DNA of 64,000 nt from a virus (taxonomy: Duplodnaviria; Caudoviricetes). A model generated the notes under the pieces. That model worked only from the letters and a program-made list of their open reading frames with translations, made no database searches and was not told the origin of the DNA. Below, in pieces: positions 26,198 through 36,690 of the stretch; within the stretch, counting starts at the first letter, position 1, and every line of letters begins with the position of its first letter. Location of the stretch: the IMG/VR virus record IMGVR_UViG_2974782369_000001, positions 64,001-128,000 of that record; one strand, 5' to 3'. The position numbers were made by a program, and so were the translations under genes.

Positions 26198-27581
26198 AGG
26201 AAAGTTTTGCTAAAGTTTTCTTGTTTTGGAATCGTTTTACGAGATCAATCTGCTCTTCTTTGTTGCCATGGTCTTGACCTGAGTCAACCAAGTTTTCTTG
26301 AGCGGATTGCTCTACATCATACAACTTCATCTTCGCTCTGTCAATACCCACACAGAATCTTTTATTTCGATTGAGATCGTTATAGCGATTCTTCAACTGC
26401 TTGACCATGATTTGATTCATGCCCTCAAGCTCCTCCGTGCTAATAAGGGCAAACATAAGATCAGCAGTAGCAGGGAGACCAAAGGATTCGCTAGTGTCAG
26501 TAAGGTCAACATCACTGCTACCATAACCTGCACGGGTGGTTTGCGTAGCAGATACAATAGGTACGTCACACTCCACAGCAAGACCCCGAAGCTCTTCTGC
26601 GATTGCTTTGACGTAGGTATAGGAGTTGACAACGCTCCCTTTATATCTTTGGGAAGCACAGATATTAAGGTAATCCACAAAGATAATATCGGGTCGAATA
26701 GACCGCTTAAGAGCAAGATCACTAATAAGAGACTTAAAGTGTCCAACGTGTGCTGATGCCGTAGGGTATTCTTTAATAATTAGCTTACCTTGAGTCTTCT
26801 TACTAAGGTTTGTTAACTTATTCTCAAACATCACCTTTGGTAATGTTGCAAGATCTTGGATATTTACATTCAAGAGGTTGGCATCGATTCGCTCTGCGAT
26901 CCTTTCTTCTGCCATTTCCATCGTGATGTAAAGGACATTCTTACCTTGGAGTAAACACGATGCAGCCACATGACACATAAAGAGAGACTTACCAACACCA
27001 GTGCCAGCGAGAGCGATATTAAGAGTTTTGGACGGGAGCCCACCCTTCGTGATTTTATTGAAGAACTCCAGATCGAATGGAATCTTTTCTTCTGTTCTAT
27101 GATAGTAGTCATATCGTGCTAGTGCGTCATCTATGTAGTCGTGTCCAATATGACTATCAAATGAGACTGCCAATGCTTCAGATAGAATGTGAGGAATAGC
27201 ACCCTTGTCTTTCTTAGTGTCTTGTCCATCAGCAATCTTGATAGACTCCATCAGGGAAAGATAAATTGCCCTCTCCTGACACCATTTCTCAGTGGTATCT
27301 ACCATCCATTTGAAATCACTCTCTTCATTGACAATTCCATCAATAATACTCACCACCTCTTTGTAGGAGGACTCACTCAAATCATCTCTCTTATCAATCT
27401 GAATAGAGAGCACAGTTTTGGTGGGAAGAGCATCATACTGAATCACATAATCTGAGATCTCATTGTAAACAATCTTACAACCAGCACTCGTGAAGTATTC
27501 TTCTTTGATAAAAGGAATTACCTTTCGACAATAATTCTCATCATGGACAAGATTATTGATAATGGTATTCTCAATGCTCAT
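26190..27581 (-). CDS. g41: Replicative helicase gp41
   Basis: AGTGVGKS, VDYLNI, SATQTTR, KQLKNRY. Confidence 0.97.
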   Translation of the reverse strand: MSIENTIINNLVHDENYCRKVIPFIKEEYFTSAGCKIVYNEISDYVIQYDALPTKTVLSIQIDKRDDLSESSYKEVVSIIDGIVNEESDFKWMVDTTEKWCQERAIYLSLMESIKIADGQDTKKDKGAIPHILSEALAVSFDSHIGHDYIDDALARYDYYHRTEEKIPFDLEFFNKITKGGLPSKTLNIALAGTGVGKSLFMCHVAASCLLQGKNVLYITMEMAEERIAERIDANLLNVNIQDLATLPKVMFENKLTNLSKKTQGKLIIKEYPTASAHVGHFKSLISDLALKRSIRPDIIFVDYLNICASQRYKGSVVNSYTYVKAIAEELRGLAVECDVPIVSATQTTRAGYGSSDVDLTDTSESFGLPATADLMFALISTEELEGMNQIMVKQLKNRYNDLNRNKRFCVGIDRAKMKLYDVEQSAQENLVDSGQDHGNKEEQIDLVKRFQNKKTLAKLSYD

Positions 27582-28147
27582 AGGTAATGAAGGTAACTTC
27601 CAACGATGTATTTCGTCCCTCTAGTTACAGGTCTACCAGCGTGGCGGTACAACCAGACGGATGGAAACATAAGTAGTCTACCACACTTTGGTTGAATTGC
27701 ATGGTCCAATTTTGGAAATGCTGTTTGACCTCCCTCGGTCACATCCTTCAAATACAAGAAACAAACTAAGAATCTTCTTGCTGATGTAAAGTCTTGCACG
27801 TCAACGTGATCACGAAACTCATCATTTACAGTGCTATATTTCTTGATTCTGAATTGCTCGAAGGCATACTTTGCAGGAAAGTCCTGACCGATGTCCAGAT
27901 CTTTCATGTAAAGATTAACATACTCCACAAAAGTTTTCTGCAGAGTATTCTGAATATCTACCCACCTCTCATCCTTTTCTAAAAACCTTTCGGTGATATT
28001 CAATTCAGTAAAGGTAGGTCTCTTTTCACGATCAATATAATTTTGGTGGAGAAGATCTAGATCATATGCTCTGATCACTTCCCTACAAAATTCACCCGTG
28101 AATGCATCATCGTATACTTTGATGTAATCTTTTAACTCAGTTGCCAT
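27578..28147 (-). CDS. 2OG-Fe(II) oxygenase (prolyl-hydroxylase-like)
   Basis: HVD, FLYLKDV.EGG.T.F, G.LLMFPS.W.Y.HAG, KYIVGSY. Confidence 0.85.
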   Translation of the reverse strand: MATELKDYIKVYDDAFTGEFCREVIRAYDLDLLHQNYIDREKRPTFTELNITERFLEKDERWVDIQNTLQKTFVEYVNLYMKDLDIGQDFPAKYAFEQFRIKKYSTVNDEFRDHVDVQDFTSARRFLVCFLYLKDVTEGGQTAFPKLDHAIQPKCGRLLMFPSVWLYRHAGRPVTRGTKYIVGSYLHYL

Positions 28148-29147
28148 ACCTAAACTCCTTTGCTGCACACTCATCAAGTGCTTGCATCACTTCGGGGGTG
28201 AAGTATTTTTCGGGATCAGCGAGAATAGACTTAGGATAAACAGCAGATTCACCAACCATGATACGATTCCCCTTGCGCTGGAAGACTCCGTGCTTCTCAC
28301 CCAACTCCAGTAGTCCGTAATAGCGGTCCAATCCACGGTCGTAATAAAGACGAGTTTCAATCTGGGAATTCTCCTTAGTGAGACGAGACTTCTGTGCCTT
28401 ACACTTAATGATATTACCTACAACCTCAGTGCCATCCTTCTCTTTCTTCTTAGACAGATAGATGATAGTAGAAGATGCATACTTCAGACCAGATCCACCA
28501 CCCATTTCCTTAGTGGGAATGTATGACCCAATGACATCATAGGTGTGGTTGGTGACCAGCATCGGTACGTTTGCCTTACCAAGTTTCAAAGTGAGCACAC
28601 GGAATGCACCCTTGATCAACTGAGACTTAGACATATCACGGACCTGCTTATCATTAGCAACGTCCTCAACTTCCTTCGTAGAAGAAAGCATACCCAGAGA
28701 ATCCAAGACAAACATCATCGGTTGACGCTTATCTTTATCCTGCTCCATATACTTGTCCAGAATGCGACAAGACTGAGTGCGAAACTCTTCGATAGTAGAC
28801 ACAGGCACGATCATCATACGATCGGCAGGAATACCACGATCCACAATCATCTGCTTGGAGATAGCAGACTCAGACTCAAAGTAGATTACCCCAGCATCGG
28901 GATTTGATTCAAGAAAATGCTGGACAATCCCAAGGCAAAAGAAAGTCTTGCCAGTAGAAGACTCACCAGCGATAGCCGTGATCTTGTTTCCAGGGACTCC
29001 ACCGTAGATTGAGCCACTAACCAGAGCATTGAAAATGTAACTACCAGTATCAATGTAACCAGAAGTGTCTCCTGCCGCGACACCATCACTAACCAGTCCT
29101 GCATACTCATTACCAATCTCCTTCACTACATCCTGTAGAAAATTCAC
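28137..29147 (-). CDS. uvsX: RecA-like recombinase UvsX
   Basis: [25 protein letters not shown]; GTG start after GGAGG. Confidence 0.96.
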   Translation of the reverse strand: MNFLQDVVKEIGNEYAGLVSDGVAAGDTSGYIDTGSYIFNALVSGSIYGGVPGNKITAIAGESSTGKTFFCLGIVQHFLESNPDAGVIYFESESAISKQMIVDRGIPADRMMIVPVSTIEEFRTQSCRILDKYMEQDKDKRQPMMFVLDSLGMLSSTKEVEDVANDKQVRDMSKSQLIKGAFRVLTLKLGKANVPMLVTNHTYDVIGSYIPTKEMGGGSGLKYASSTIIYLSKKKEKDGTEVVGNIIKCKAQKSRLTKENSQIETRLYYDRGLDRYYGLLELGEKHGVFQRKGNRIMVGESAVYPKSILADPEKYFTPEVMQALDECAAKEFRYGN

Positions 29148-29296
29148 GCTTTCTCCTCCAAAATTGTTGTAATATATTGTGCCCGTTTCATGGCACGGGA
29201 AAACCATTTTGCGTCTTCTTCATTGGCAAACTCCTTTTCCTCACGGACAGAGAAACCAAATGCTTTTTGATAGGATACGATGTACTTTTTACTCAT
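29144..29296 (-). CDS. Hypothetical protein
   Basis: Start placed at MSKKY, overlapping the g43 stop. Confidence 0.65.
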   Translation of the reverse strand: MSKKYIVSYQKAFGFSVREEKEFANEEDAKWFSRAMKRAQYITTILEEKA

Positions 29297-31791
29297 CCAA
29301 ATAGAAACTCCAGTGATGCTACTTTTTCGGTTTTCCATCCAATCGTGTCCATGATAACTCGGATAGGCTCAAGGAAACTCTTATCAAATTGTAAGTCATA
29401 GTCCACCTGTTTGTCAATCCCCAACTCTTTGGGGAAGGTCTGGAAGAATGAGATAACATTCTCATTGATCTTGTTAGGTGTCTTTAGATAAACAAACTTG
29501 ATCTTTTCTCCATCCTGAATCAATGGATACTTATGTGATAGTTTGTTTTTCTTGATATAGAAATTGTACAGAAGAGCGCCACGCACATGAATCGGTGTGC
29601 CTTTTGTGTATACCGTCGCAGGATTGGACCACTTATTTAGATTGTTACAACCACGAGGGAATGAAATATCTTCGACTGGTAACTCAGAAAAATGATCTCG
29701 AAAATCAGCAATAAACTTTTGCACAGACTCTTCGTCTTCATTCATGATGACGTTAAGTGCATCCTTAATTTTTTGACGGCAGGGAGCAGGAGTAGAAGAC
29801 TTAACTGCTTCAATACCCATCATCTTCAGTTTGGGTTTCTCGTAACGGACACCCTCACTATCCCACACGTTGAGAATGTATCGCTTCTTGGCAGTCCAGA
29901 TACCTTTATCAGCGATATTCTCACGCTTCATCTTCATCTTCTGATCATATGCAGAAACATACGTCGCCAATTCCTGATATGACGATTCAATAAATGGCTC
30001 CAACTTCTCCTGGCAGATCTTGTCAAGTATGGAAACAATCGCTGCTTTATCGCTAGACTTATTAGCAAAGAATTTACTAACAAGAGGTCCAAGGTTAAGA
30101 TAGATTGAGTCAGTGTCAGATGCGACAACATAATCGACTTCTTCTGTGGACAAAAGTTTATTTAGGTATTTGTTGATTTTACTTTCAATCCAACGAATCG
30201 AGACTTGACCCGAGAGAGTAATCGCCTCAGCATTTGCCAGATTGTAATACCTGAAGTATTGGTTGCCAATGGCACCATAGGCAGAGTTGAGTTGGATCTT
30301 TCTTGCCATTTGAATGTTGTTGAATTTGGACACATCTTTTTGAAGTGCGATGGTCTCAGATGTTGTCTTGGAATGCTCAAGATCTTGCTTAGCGGCAAGC
30401 ATTCGTTTCTTGTAAATGGTCCTTTCATCATAAATCTTCTGCATCATTTCGGGGAGGAATCCTAAGATGTCCTTACGGTATTGGGCACCGTTAGCACATA
30501 CACAATACTCCCCATCAATATCAATCTCTTGATTCAACAACCTATCTACGGTTGCTTGCGGGTGCCTGACATCCACCAGCGTTTCTGGCGAGATGTTGTA
30601 CTGCATAATGAGGTGAGGGTAGAGGGAGTTGAGGTCAAAAGAGACCACCCATTCATACATTCCTGGCACAGGCTCTTTGACATACGCACCAGCATACTTT
30701 TCATCCTTCTTTGCTCCTTTGCGAGGGGGGACTACAAGGTTTCGATCTTTGAGATAATTATATATCATCGTGTCCCACATCCGCACCTGTGAGTAGACAT
30801 CTTCTAAATTGACCTTAGCGTCATACGCCATAGTCACCGCCAACTCAATAAGTTTCATCTTATCTTCGAGACGGTCAATCAACTCAACGTCTTGAATGTT
30901 GTATTCAACAAACTTCTGCCAGTCAGATGTATAGAAGTCCTTGAAGTTTTCATACTCACTATGGTCCAACTTGCGCTGACCCAACTCAACGTGAGCAATG
31001 TGGTCCAGTCTATATGACTCCTGGTTGGTATAAGTAAACTTCTTATACAGATCCAGGTAGTCTAGGATGTTGATACCAGAGAGATCATATGCAATGTGAG
31101 TGCGACCCATGATGTTGATCTCGCGCTCGTTAGCACGATTCCAGGGAGAAAGAGTCTTCATCCACTTCTCGCCCAACACACGGTTAACACGGCGGCAAAT
31201 GTATGGCACGTCATACAGGTTGACATTCCAACCCGTCAAGACATCAGGAGTATTCTCTGCCCACCACCTAACAAAGTGATTAAGCATTTCTTGCTCAGTC
31301 CAAAACACAAAGAATTCAACACCTTCGGGAGGATTGAATTCTCGTGTGCCCCACACAAATACCTCTTTGGTATTCATGTCTTTGATTGTGATACAAAGCA
31401 TCTCTTCAGCAGATGCCTCAACGTCAGGAAAACCATTCTCACATGCCACCTCAATGTCCATAGAGAAGATCTTCATCTGCTTCATATCATAATCAATCTC
31501 ACCAGGAAACTCCTTAGCAATAAATTGATAGACATAACGCTCGTATCCATAGACACTAAAGTTTTCTACACCTTCATACTTGGCGATAAACTCTCTCGCC
31601 TCTCGGGGAGATTCAAACTGAATAGGTTTGACATACTCACCAGTGAGAGTTTTAAACTTCTCCTTCTTGTTTGAAGTGACAAACAACGTAGGCGAAAAGT
31701 GGGTACGAGATTGGACTTGCTGCCCATCCTCGTACCCACGATATAAAATAGTATTACCAGCGAGTTGAATATTCGTGTAGAAACTACCCAT
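29293..31791 (-). CDS. g43: Family B DNA polymerase gp43
   Basis: DIE exonuclease motif, DLNSLYP, KIQLNSAYG, SDTDS. Confidence 0.98.
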   Translation of the reverse strand: MGSFYTNIQLAGNTILYRGYEDGQQVQSRTHFSPTLFVTSNKKEKFKTLTGEYVKPIQFESPREAREFIAKYEGVENFSVYGYERYVYQFIAKEFPGEIDYDMKQMKIFSMDIEVACENGFPDVEASAEEMLCITIKDMNTKEVFVWGTREFNPPEGVEFFVFWTEQEMLNHFVRWWAENTPDVLTGWNVNLYDVPYICRRVNRVLGEKWMKTLSPWNRANEREINIMGRTHIAYDLSGINILDYLDLYKKFTYTNQESYRLDHIAHVELGQRKLDHSEYENFKDFYTSDWQKFVEYNIQDVELIDRLEDKMKLIELAVTMAYDAKVNLEDVYSQVRMWDTMIYNYLKDRNLVVPPRKGAKKDEKYAGAYVKEPVPGMYEWVVSFDLNSLYPHLIMQYNISPETLVDVRHPQATVDRLLNQEIDIDGEYCVCANGAQYRKDILGFLPEMMQKIYDERTIYKKRMLAAKQDLEHSKTTSETIALQKDVSKFNNIQMARKIQLNSAYGAIGNQYFRYYNLANAEAITLSGQVSIRWIESKINKYLNKLLSTEEVDYVVASDTDSIYLNLGPLVSKFFANKSSDKAAIVSILDKICQEKLEPFIESSYQELATYVSAYDQKMKMKRENIADKGIWTAKKRYILNVWDSEGVRYEKPKLKMMGIEAVKSSTPAPCRQKIKDALNVIMNEDEESVQKFIADFRDHFSELPVEDISFPRGCNNLNKWSNPATVYTKGTPIHVRGALLYNFYIKKNKLSHKYPLIQDGEKIKFVYLKTPNKINENVISFFQTFPKELGIDKQVDYDLQFDKSFLEPIRVIMDTIGWKTEKVASLEFLFG

Positions 31792-32032
31792 TAATCTCCT
31801 GATACTTTTTAGCGATGTCTGGTGACGGATCCACTATAGTAAAGATCGACTCAGATGTCAAGAAGAGATCCCGCTGACCAGAGTATTTGGGATACTCCTC
31901 CAACTCACCATCAACAATGCGATAACATGCTTCGATGAATACCGCTGGCTCTTCATCCAACTCCTGCACTTGACCAATCAAATAATCATTCAGATTCCCG
32001 TTCTTCAGCAGAATCACTTTGAGATTTTCCAC
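31784..32032 (-). CDS. Hypothetical protein
   Basis: ORF overlapping both neighbours. Confidence 0.7.
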   Translation of the reverse strand: MENLKVILLKNGNLNDYLIGQVQELDEEPAVFIEACYRIVDGELEEYPKYSGQRDLFLTSESIFTIVDPSPDIAKKYQEING

Positions 32033-32348
32033 TTGTTGCCTCCACTAATTCTTGGTATTTTTCGATGACTTCATCGTGTGTTTCATATGCTGTAATAACT
32101 TCATCCAGTTTCAGCATAATTGCCTTCCCCTTCAGAAGAGGCATCCATGGCTCAAAAGAAATCTCTGGGGCGGTGAGTTTATGAATCTCACCGTCTGCCT
32201 CTGCAGTCATACCACCTTGAATCCACACTGAATATGGATTGACAAGTTGAAAAGCAATGACGGTTTCCTGATCTTCCTTGGTAGTAACCTCATACAAATC
32301 AGAGATTACATCTTCACCGCTTCTTGTTCTTACGATTCTTACGCTCAT
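31986..32348 (-). CDS. Hypothetical protein (Sm-like, SGEDVI motif)
   Basis: RSGEDVIS...NPY...PWMPL pattern, typical between hsp20 and g43. Confidence 0.7.
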   Translation of the reverse strand: MSVRIVRTRSGEDVISDLYEVTTKEDQETVIAFQLVNPYSVWIQGGMTAEADGEIHKLTAPEISFEPWMPLLKGKAIMLKLDEVITAYETHDEVIEKYQELVEATSGKSQSDSAEERESE

Positions 32349-32556
32349 AACATCTTCTTTCGATTTCTAAAATTGATTCTCGGATAATATCCTTTAGCAT
32401 CTTCTCGGAAGAAGATCCTGTCATTTCTGCGATAGGTCTAATAACCCTCAACAATTCGTCAGTATAGGATGCTGGCACCTCAACTGTCAAGAGATCCGAT
32501 TCCCCATCATAATTTGGTTTAGTTAAATTGACATACACATTCATAGCATACTCCAA
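32314..32556 (-). CDS. Hypothetical protein
   Basis: 80-aa ORF. Confidence 0.6.
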   Translation of the reverse strand: MEYAMNVYVNLTKPNYDGESDLLTVEVPASYTDELLRVIRPIAEMTGSSSEKMLKDIIRESILEIERRCYERKNRKNKKR

Positions 32557-32559
32557 AAT

Positions 32560-32588
32560 AAAAAGAGACCCCCAGCGGGAGTCTCTTT
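32560..32588 (-). terminator. Terminator hairpin
   Basis: AAAGAGACTCCC-gct-GGGGGTCTCTTTT. Confidence 0.7.
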
Positions 32589-32604
32589 AGTTGTATACTA
32601 TATA

Positions 32605-32796
32605 TCAATCAAAGTCAGAGATAATCCTCTCACACTTTTCAAGATTCTTTTTGCAGAAGTTACGGACGTAACTTTCAACATCAAGGTCCATATTGTAATG
32701 AGCGTGAAGGTGGAGTCCCTGAATTGCAATCAGAAACCCCACAACCAACAGGTTGAATTGAGTAACTGGATGAAGTAATACCTTCAGGTATTTCAT
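32605..32796 (-). CDS. Small membrane protein
   Basis: N-terminal TM segment, HLHAH, two Cys. Confidence 0.7.
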   Translation of the reverse strand: MKYLKVLLHPVTQFNLLVVGFLIAIQGLHLHAHYNMDLDVESYVRNFCKKNLEKCERIISDFD

Positions 32797-33152
32797 CAGA
32801 AGCGATACTTAGTGCCGACTTCAACTTTCCAATCAGTCTTATTGCTGATTTGGATTGCCTCTGCCTTTACTTTAGCAGAAAGTTGCTTAGTCAGTTTGAT
32901 GCCAGTACCAACTTCAGCAGAAACTAGACCTTTGCTGTCTCCACCATCGGGGGTCTTAGCACCACCACCAACTTCAACATAAGGGCTGGCAATACCAACC
33001 TTCCAGTCATAACCAAGACGTGCTTGGTTGACTGCTTCTTTATAATTGTCGTCGCTAAATTTGAATTCAGATTTAGTCATGACGTAGGGACCAGCAAGGG
33101 CAGGTGCTGCGATCATGGGCAGTGCCAGAGCAGCAAGAGCGAGTGCTTTCAT
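32796..33152 (-). CDS. Small outer-membrane beta-barrel-like protein
   Basis: Signal peptide MKALALAALALPMIAAPALA, amphipathic strands, C-terminal KYRF. Confidence 0.75.
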   Translation of the reverse strand: MKALALAALALPMIAAPALAGPYVMTKSEFKFSDDNYKEAVNQARLGYDWKVGIASPYVEVGGGAKTPDGGDSKGLVSAEVGTGIKLTKQLSAKVKAEAIQISNKTDWKVEVGTKYRF

Positions 33153-33246
33153 TTGAAAATTCCTTTGAGTAAATTTACTAGGTGCCCAACTCATGAGCAC
33201 CCATGTAATATAGCACACTTAGCACCAGATTACGGTAAAGGATCGT

Positions 33247-33702
33247 TTAAGGTTTTGTGCTAATCTCATAAACCTTGAGTTTTTGGTGGTCTGGGATGAT
33301 TCTCTTCAATTCAATTGTCAGCAATCCATTATCAAACTTGACATCTCCAACTTCAACATCATCCGATAAGTTGAATCCTCTAGCAAAGGTGCGAGTAGAA
33401 ATACCTCTGTGCATGTATTCTTCTTCACCCTTTGGTTTTCCTGCAATAGATCTAACTAGAAGGACATTACTTTCAGTTGAAACTTCAATCTCTTCCCTTG
33501 CCCAACCAGCAAGTGCTACTTCAATCCTCCACTTGACATTAGATTCTTCGACAATATTGTATGGGGGATATGCTTCATTAACCGATCCCATTCCATAAGA
33601 GTGCAATCTGTAGAATAGATCATCGAATCCTACACTATATCTTTGTGCAGCATCTACCACGGCATTAAGATCTTTCGTGGTGAACTTACGCAGTCCAGTC
33701 AT
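33247..33702 (-). CDS. hsp20: Small heat-shock protein
   Basis: YPPYNI, VALAG, HRGIS.R.F, DNGLLTI. Confidence 0.95.
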   Translation of the reverse strand: MTGLRKFTTKDLNAVVDAAQRYSVGFDDLFYRLHSYGMGSVNEAYPPYNIVEESNVKWRIEVALAGWAREEIEVSTESNVLLVRSIAGKPKGEEEYMHRGISTRTFARGFNLSDDVEVGDVKFDNGLLTIELKRIIPDHQKLKVYEISTKP

Positions 33703-33861
33703 TTGTTATGCTCCTTTAATAAGCGAGTTTGATTGTGTGGTCCCCGAAGGCAACCATACTTATTTAACAGTAATACCTAGAAATACATTGTCAAGCAAAC
33801 CGAACACATCTGTAAAGTTTTCCCGACCTACATATAGATAGGACTCTTAATCGATGGAAAA

Positions 33862-34314
33862 ATGCGTAAACTTCTTCCTATCGTAATGCTATTGATGGCA
33901 ACACCTGCATACGCTGGTGGTCTTGTTACTAAACATGCTTCTTCAGTCCAACTGACTGTTGATGCTGCTCGCTCTACTGCGGTAAGAATCGGTGGTAGTT
34001 ATTCTGCTTCTGGTTCTAACATCACGGCAGGCACGATGGGTGGTGTTTCCACTGGTGCTGGCACATATACTGTCACCACATCTGGACAAGATTGGTCGTT
34101 GAGTGAAACATACAACGCAGCAGATAGTGTTCCTGCATCTGCTGTTAGCACAGGTGATGTTCCTAACTTCGGTAACCTTACCTCTTATGCTGCTGGTTCT
34201 GCTGGCACACTCGCAGGCACGATTGACAGAACTCATGCTATCACGCTGACTGCTGGTGGTGCTGGTTCATCTGCAACAGGACAATTCGTTACTGAGATCA
34301 CTGTTATCGACTAA
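33862..34314 (+). CDS. Secreted Gly/Ser/Thr-rich protein
   Basis: Signal peptide ending AYA; beta-rich. Confidence 0.8.
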   Translation: MRKLLPIVMLLMATPAYAGGLVTKHASSVQLTVDAARSTAVRIGGSYSASGSNITAGTMGGVSTGAGTYTVTTSGQDWSLSETYNAADSVPASAVSTGDVPNFGNLTSYAAGSAGTLAGTIDRTHAITLTAGGAGSSATGQFVTEITVID

Positions 34315-34326
34315 TACTATATAACC

Positions 34327-34743
34327 ATGAAGAGATTATTTTTCGTGGCATTACTACTGGGATCACCAGCAATGGCAGTCCCAGTAGTCCCTAACTTCAC
34401 ACAGGGGTCGATGACAAGCCACACAGAGACGACACAAAAAATTACAGAGACCATCAACTCGATGGACTATAACACAGGGTATCAATACTCTGTGACAGGG
34501 AGTGGAATTACAGCATCAGGTTCTTTACAACCAGGAACAGGTGCTAACAATGTAACTATAGATGGCGTGACATCATCATGGACAGGACTAACAAGCAGAC
34601 CAAACTTTACGCAGACAACTCCAGGGGGAGCATTTCAGTTCACAGAATCTTACCAAGGTCCTGGTTTAAGCAATCAAACAATCATTCAAAGAACAACAGA
34701 AGTAACAAGCATAACCGACACTACCTCTATCTTCTCACAGTAG
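34327..34743 (+). CDS. Secreted Thr-rich protein (VPVVPNFTQG)
   Basis: Signal peptide ending AMA. Confidence 0.8.
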   Translation: MKRLFFVALLLGSPAMAVPVVPNFTQGSMTSHTETTQKITETINSMDYNTGYQYSVTGSGITASGSLQPGTGANNVTIDGVTSSWTGLTSRPNFTQTTPGGAFQFTESYQGPGLSNQTIIQRTTEVTSITDTTSIFSQ

Positions 34744-35423
34744 GTATCAATCTTGCTTTCCCAATTCAAGCATACGCTGAAGTCGGGGGTGTTAGTGCTA
34801 CAGCTGCTCCCGTTGCTAATTCTTCAGGCTCGGTAACCAACCAAGCTATTCAGGTTTTACAAGGACCCTACATTACAAACACCTATGGGAATGGGATTCA
34901 GTGTCAGGGTCCCACACTAAACTTCACACCCTATGTCACTGGTAGTGCTTCTGCTACCAAACCATACGAGCCATATTACTATGATCCTGTCTATGACATG
35001 AGGGACATGGATGACGATGGAGCACCTGACAATCCTGGGTCTGTTTTGTATCGTGTCCCTGTAAGGACTGGACAGAAGGATAACTACAACCTAGGTGTTG
35101 GTTTCTCTGCTACATGGTCTCGTCCTTTGGATAAGAAATTGCAGGATCAATGCAAAGAAGCAGCTGCTGCTAACATCGCACTGATGCAACAGCAAACTGC
35201 TAACAAGAGATTAGATTTTGAGATCGCTAGACTAAAGAATTGTGGCGAGTTGATGAAGCAGGGTATCATGTTCCACCCACGCTCACCTTATTATAAAGTC
35301 TGTGCTGATGTGGTTGTGAATAATCCTCCAGGTCATACTCACCCACACGTACATAAAATTCCTACTCCTGTGTCTCGGAATGCTGAGGACCTTGGTCCCG
35401 CTCTAACAACTGGTAAGGAGTGA
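34578..35423 (+). CDS. Secreted/outer-membrane-like protein; start uncertain
   Basis: Internal signal-like segment ending QAYA; beta-strand region followed by a Cys-containing helix; overlaps the previous gene by 166 nt. Confidence 0.75.
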   Translation: MDRTNKQTKLYADNSRGSISVHRILPRSWFKQSNNHSKNNRSNKHNRHYLYLLTVGINLAFPIQAYAEVGGVSATAAPVANSSGSVTNQAIQVLQGPYITNTYGNGIQCQGPTLNFTPYVTGSASATKPYEPYYYDPVYDMRDMDDDGAPDNPGSVLYRVPVRTGQKDNYNLGVGFSATWSRPLDKKLQDQCKEAAAANIALMQQQTANKRLDFEIARLKNCGELMKQGIMFHPRSPYYKVCADVVVNNPPGHTHPHVHKIPTPVSRNAEDLGPALTTGKE

Positions 35424-35727
35424 GTGCTTCATTCAATGCCTCAAGCACATTCTCTTTGAATGTACGATATGGAATGAACAGTTCATCATCCTCAGTCTTA
35501 TAGTCCTGGTGTGTCTCTTTGAACTTACGATCTACATCATAGGTCAGATTTGTTACGATATCATTGATGATTTCAATAGACTTTGCGGTAAGTCCGTTCC
35601 AAGATGTATTGGGAAACATATCATCCTTGACACGATCTAGCAGTGCTTTCTTGCAATGCCATTGTTGATCAAAGATTTGGGTAAATGCTTCCCAGTCGTG
35701 TTGGGATTTGAAATGGGGGATACTCAT
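35362..35727 (-). CDS. Hypothetical protein
   Basis: 121-aa ORF convergent with the plus-strand cassette. Confidence 0.7.
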   Translation of the reverse strand: MSIPHFKSQHDWEAFTQIFDQQWHCKKALLDRVKDDMFPNTSWNGLTAKSIEIINDIVTNLTYDVDRKFKETHQDYKTEDDELFIPYRTFKENVLEALNEALTPYQLLERDQGPQHSETQE

Positions 35728-35910
35728 AGTGATTCTACCTTTGATTTTACAGATTTGGGAGTTGCTCTTAACTCTTTCTCCCTTTTATATCATCATCTAA
35801 GATATTTTCTATTTCCTTAATCAAATCAATTTGGTGTTTATTCTCCATGTCTAAAATAAAATTGTGGGAAATTCTATAGGTAATTCCCTTATAGTTTTTT
35901 TTATATTCGG

Positions 35911-36690
35911 TCATTTAGGTTTGAGCGTTTGTCTCAATGCCATTATAGCACGGTTTCGGTCTCTTTGCTCGTTTCTACGCTCGGCAGTGGACAGTACAGT
36001 AACTGACTTCCCCCTGATAGCAGCAATCTTTTTCATAACTTTCTTGACCGTTGGTTTGATAACCTTTAGTAGGATATCTGCCAGCGGTTTTGCCATAAGT
36101 GCTGATGCTGTTGCCACTACAGCAATACTTGAGGTAGTTACAACTGTCCCAGCAGCAGGAAGACCAGCAATTACTTGCTCTGGTAGAGGCACAGGTTCTG
36201 TAATCTGAATACACTGGTTGCCAACTAACTGATAGTCAGTAACTTTCTTTCTAAACCCCTCAATGTATGTGCCTACAGGTTCCTTCGCTGCTTGTGCTGG
36301 TGTGGGGCAGTCTATCTTAGCAGTAGCAGCGGGAGTTTTAGGTATCGGTAGATCAGGTGCTTCGGGAGCTTTGGGTTGCCTTGTATCTACTCCCGAAGGT
36401 TTAGTAGGAACTATCTGGTTAGGTTCAAAATTAATAGGATTATAACTAGGGACGCCAGAATCGCAGTACGTAACCAGACCTCTGTCGTCATCACTTCCGA
36501 GAGTTTTAGATTTGTTATTCGCTTCGTGGGCTTCGACACAACCAGGCACGTCAACGATAGGCACACCAATATTTACCACTACAGGTGCTGCTAGTGGAGT
36601 TGATGTGTAATATTCGTTAGCAGTTACGACCTTTGGAATGTCAATCTCCCTGATGTTAATGTTGGGAGAAGTAATGTTAGGAATCTCCAT
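35911..36690 (-). CDS. Pro-rich protein with Cys pairs and a C-terminal membrane anchor plus basic tail
   Basis: PIVDVPGCVEAH...CD.GVPSY.P; hydrophobic segment then KPTVKKVMKK. Confidence 0.75.
   Translation of the reverse strand: MEIPNITSPNINIREIDIPKVVTANEYYTSTPLAAPVVVNIGVPIVDVPGCVEAHEANNKSKTLGSDDDRGLVTYCDSGVPSYNPINFEPNQIVPTKPSGVDTRQPKAPEAPDLPIPKTPAATAKIDCPTPAQAAKEPVGTYIEGFRKKVTDYQLVGNQCIQITEPVPLPEQVIAGLPAAGTVVTTSSIAVVATASALMAKPLADILLKVIKPTVKKVMKKIAAIRGKSVTVLSTAERRNEQRDRNRAIMALRQTLKPK

Noticed and set aside
11222-31791. Inteins or introns in nrdA, nrdB, g61, g41, uvsX and g43
   Set aside because: All have normal lengths and contiguous motifs.
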